DNA of 64,000 nucleotides. Source: Candidatus Latescibacterota bacterium. Lineage in GTDB: Bacteria > Latescibacterota > UBA2968 > GCA-2709665. Shown here one piece after another: positions 60,983 to 64,000 of the stretch; positions within the stretch are counted from its first letter, which is position 1, and each line of letters opens with the position of its first letter. A program made the translations under genes and the position numbers. The DNA lies in NCBI GenBank assembly GCA_965226795.1, contig CBDDDZ010000005.1, forward strand, positions 544,001 through 608,000, given 5' to 3'. The notes under the pieces were generated by a model, which saw nothing but the letters and a program-made list of their open reading frames with translations, was not told the origin of the DNA and did not search any database.

Positions 60983-61402
60983 CGTACGGGCACTGCTCCC
61001 CTCCCCGCGCCGGGGGAGGGGTCGCCGTCCGGCGATTTCAATGGCGACGGCAGGCGGGATGCCGCCGATGACGATTTGTAAGCTTGGGGTGTCGATCGTA
61101 TGTCTGCATCGTTGTGGCGGGTGACGTGGCTCTTGTGATTGACCTTTCTCCCGGCCATGGGTTCAGGTTCGCCGCTTGCTGATCGCGTACATAACTGCGT
61201 TCCGTTCGATTTCGACCAGTGCCTGCTTGGGCATTCCGTGCCTGCGCGTCGGAGGAAACCAAGCGGCCTTCAATAGTTGATGATCACCGCCGATTCTGAC
61301 GGCCGAGGAATGCCTCGACCCGCGCCATCGCTACAAAAAGTGCCTTCTCTCAAGGCTCGTGCCCGCCTCTCGCTCGCCTCCCGTGACTGCGTGAATCCAT
61401 CT

Positions 61403-61479
61403 AGCCGCCGTGTCGTACGGACCCTGTACACGCGGTAGCCAGTGCGGGGAGGGGCTGCAAGGCACGACTCTATCCCGAT
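61403..61479 (+). mobile_element. Degenerate group II intron 3' end (domains V-VI, IIC-like)
   Basis: AGCCGCCGTGTCGTACGGACCCTGTACACGCGG...GGGGAGGGG...CTCTATCCCGAT resembles the IIC consensus ACCGCCGTGTACGGACCCGTACGCACGG...CTATCCCGAT. Confidence 0.6.
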
Positions 61480-61602
61480 CCCTTCCAATCCGTTCCACCC
61501 TCCCTGGGAATTCGACAGTCGGGTCCGAACGGATCCTTCCTTGCGGTTTCGCCACTCGTGCGATCGTATCTCCCACACCCCCGAACGTCCCCTATTCCCT
61601 TG

Positions 61603-61720
61603 TCCTTTTTCTTATTCGCGTAAGAAAAAGGACCAAAAAGAACCGCGCCTGCCTGCCGAGCACGGCTCGGCGCAGGCAGGCCGCTCGGCGCGGGGCCGGT
61701 TTTTCCGTGAATCGCCTCAG
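61603..61720. repeat. Hairpin/mirror-repeat element copy D, with a 33-bp palindromic insert at 61648..61680
   Basis: Left part as copy C, insert as copy A, right part as copy B. Confidence 0.85.
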
Positions 61721-62100
61721 TGTAGTAGGCTGGCGATTGTGCCCTGCGTACTTATGACGTCACATGTCGCTACAAAAGGAACCCGCCAGAGGCAGGGAAT
61801 TTAGGGAGATGTGGATGTTGAATTTGGTTTTCCCATTTTGGTTCGCACGATTCACGCGAGGGATAAAACGCAGGAGGAGGCGAACTGACCCTGTAAAAAA
61901 CCATCCATCACTGAATTGATCTCGCCTGGCCATTTCGCTAACCGGTGTTTTTTGGTTGAGACGCAAGCCTGTACCACCGGAAATCAGCTTGTTTATCCGG
62001 TCCGTCAAATGTCGCCCGTGTTCACAGGTGTGACGAAACACGACATAGTGGCCGCCCGACGTAAATACATATCTAATTGTTTATAAACATCTTGTGAATT

Positions 62101-62116
62101 TGGCACGCAGATTGCA
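62101..62116 (+). promoter_or_regulatory. Sigma54 (-24/-12) promoter
   Basis: TGGCAC-GCAGA-TTGCA matches the TGGCAC-N5-TTGC consensus. Confidence 0.75.
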
Positions 62117-62203
62117 TATATGCTCTGGTGCAACAGTGACCACACAAAGCGATAGTATGTTCTTTTGCGAAGCTTCTTAACCAGCTGGGTTTATGGAGCC
62201 TCC

Positions 62204-63568
62204 ATGAATAACCTGCTCAAATTGCGATCCGGCCTGCTTCTGTGCGTTTTCCTCACCGGTTGCGCAACGTACACCCACAATGCCGCCACCTTCAGGAGCA
62301 GCCTCGCCAATGGACACTACGAAACCGCGCTGCAAAGCCTGGGGAAAGCCCGGAACGGCCCCGCGCGCCTGCTCTATCTTATGGAGAACGGCCTTATCGC
62401 GCACTACCGGGGGGAATACCGCGCGTCCAACCGTTATTTTGAAAACGCCGAACGGCACTCGGCTCGGCTCTTCACGCGTTCGTTGTCCCGAGAGGCGGCC
62501 TCGCTGGTCACCAACGACCAGGTACGCGCCTATCGCGGCGAGGAATTCGAACTCGCATTCGTCAACTATTACAGAGCGCTCAACTACTGGTATCTCGGCG
62601 AGCCGGAAGAGGCTCTGGTGGAGTGCCGCAAGGCCAACCTGAAACTGGAGCGCTACGCCGCCCAGGCCGACTACGACGCCACGTACAGGAACGATGCCTT
62701 CATTCACTATATGACCGGTCTTATTTACGAATCCACCGGCGAACTCAACGACGCCTACGTGTCCTATCGGAACGCACTGGATGCATACGAGACGTACAAA
62801 AAGGCATTTGGCCTGAAGGCGCCCGCGGCCCTCCGGAAAGATCTCAGGCGCGTTGAAGAGGCCCTGGATTATGTCGATCACCCGGGCGAAGAGGTCGCCC
62901 CCGCACATTCGCGTTCACCGGCGGGCGGCGAACTGATCCTCTTCTCGGAAGTCGGCTTCGTGCCGCACAAAGTCCAGGAGGAAATCAGCCTGCCAATTTA
63001 CGAAGGCGACGTTAAGAAAGAAAAAAGTGGCCGGCTCGAAGGTGTCTCTCGAAAAATCGCGCACCGCCACTTCAAACCCCACTATGCGGGCAAATCAAAA
63101 GTCAAATACTGGCTGCGCGTGGCCGTGCCCGCGTACGAGGACGTCGCACCACGTACACAGACCATCCGGGTCAGCGCCGCCGGACGCGAGACCACCACTA
63201 CCCTGGCGGAAGACCTTTCGGCCATCGCATGGCAGTCATTTCAGGACAAACAACCCGTGATGCTTGCGCGTACGGTCGCGCGAGGTCTGGTCAAATACGC
63301 CGCTTCAGTCAAGGCAGAAGAGAAACACAAAGTCCTTGGCTTCTTCGTCAATTTGCTTTCCGCCGCAACCGAGGCGGCCGATACCCGAAGCTGGGTCTCG
63401 CTGCCGCACAACGTGCAGATCGGCAGGCTCACGCTACCCGCCGGTACTCACACCCTTACGCTGGAATCCCTCGACAGTCGGGGGCGCGTCATCGAAGCCG
63501 GAACCATTTCGGATATACACATCCGACCGGGAACCCGGACCTTCGTGAACTACCGAACGTATAAATAG
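62204..63568 (+). CDS. COG3014-like TPR lipoprotein
   Basis: Lipobox LTGC; Y.GE.FE, ALNY, ALVE.R, ADTRSW.SLP. Confidence 0.85.
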   Translation: MNNLLKLRSGLLLCVFLTGCATYTHNAATFRSSLANGHYETALQSLGKARNGPARLLYLMENGLIAHYRGEYRASNRYFENAERHSARLFTRSLSREAASLVTNDQVRAYRGEEFELAFVNYYRALNYWYLGEPEEALVECRKANLKLERYAAQADYDATYRNDAFIHYMTGLIYESTGELNDAYVSYRNALDAYETYKKAFGLKAPAALRKDLRRVEEALDYVDHPGEEVAPAHSRSPAGGELILFSEVGFVPHKVQEEISLPIYEGDVKKEKSGRLEGVSRKIAHRHFKPHYAGKSKVKYWLRVAVPAYEDVAPRTQTIRVSAAGRETTTTLAEDLSAIAWQSFQDKQPVMLARTVARGLVKYAASVKAEEKHKVLGFFVNLLSAATEAADTRSWVSLPHNVQIGRLTLPAGTHTLTLESLDSRGRVIEAGTISDIHIRPGTRTFVNYRTYK

Positions 63569-63594
63569 ACACAGCAACCGAAAGGAGGAACACC

Positions 63595-64000
63595 ATGAAG
63601 CGACAGATCTGGATCTGTTTGACCCTGGCCCTCGCGGGGTGGAGCCAGGGGGGATGGGCGGCTGACATCCCCACCCGGGGCGCCGTTATCAACATTGTGA
63701 CGTGGGACGGCAAGAACCTGCCGCCCATCTACGAACGCTCCGACCAGCTTCCCCTCACCCTGGAAGACGTCATCAATCTCAGCAGGAACGACTTTGGTGA
63801 CGAAGCAATCAGCCGGATGGTTCGCGAGCGCCGGTTCGCGGGAAACGCTTCGGCCGACGCGCTGATCGAACTCAAAAAGGCAGGCGTTTCGAAGAAGGTG
63901 ATTCAGGCGATCTCGCTCCATGCGCTGCCTCCCAACCGGGCGCTGAGCCTTGCCATTCAGCTCGAATTCGCCGGCCAGTCGCGAGAAGCCCGCAAACGGT
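63595..64000 (+). CDS. Secreted hypothetical protein, 3'-truncated by the window edge
   Basis: AAGGAGG RBS; MKRQIWICLTLALAG signal peptide; frame open to the end; LIELKKAGVS motif. Confidence 0.75.
   Translation, partial: MKRQIWICLTLALAGWSQGGWAADIPTRGAVINIVTWDGKNLPPIYERSDQLPLTLEDVINLSRNDFGDEAISRMVRERRFAGNASADALIELKKAGVSKKVIQAISLHALPPNRALSLAIQLEFAGQSREARKR

Noticed and set aside
3132..61479. One giant or trans-spliced intron made from the 5' and 3' fragments
   Set aside because: The pieces are 58 kb apart across core genes, domains II-IV are missing and domain V is degenerate; independent remnants are simpler
1..64000. CRISPR array or cas genes
   Set aside because: No regularly spaced repeat-spacer run and no Cas motifs; the repeats are dispersed palindromes

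Overview
GC-rich bacterial chromosomal segment. The gene content (dockerin-like secreted proteins, GT2/radical-SAM cluster, many catabolic enzymes) suggests an FCB-affiliated lineage such as Latescibacterota; this is inference only. Layout: (i) 1-5 kb accessory patch with phage-like hypotheticals, a RelE-type toxin module, a 150-bp direct repeat, the 5' part of a group IIC intron and a nested MITE; (ii) 5-20 kb metabolic and envelope genes (HpcH aldolase, endonuclease III-like, DusB, LarB, SSS symporter, DmpA, GT2-radical SAM-GT2, enolase-family dehydratase); (iii) about 20-37 kb decaying accessory region next to tRNA-Glu, with two PIN toxin-antitoxin pairs and several genes broken mostly by in-frame TGA codons; (iv) 37-57 kb core block (tRNA-Glu, tRNA-Val, zinc-ribbon protein, RNase HI, RNase P RNA, pyrF, ABC-F, dehydrogenases, mdh, amidohydrolase, DppA, DSD1-like, sulfotransferase); (v) 57-62 kb broken dockerin-bearing surface proteins, a cluster of small palindromic repeats and a group II intron 3' remnant; (vi) a sigma54-type promoter ahead of a lipoprotein operon running off the end. 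No CRISPR array, rRNA, transposase or integrase was seen. All calls come from reading the sequence and recalling motifs; no database search was run.
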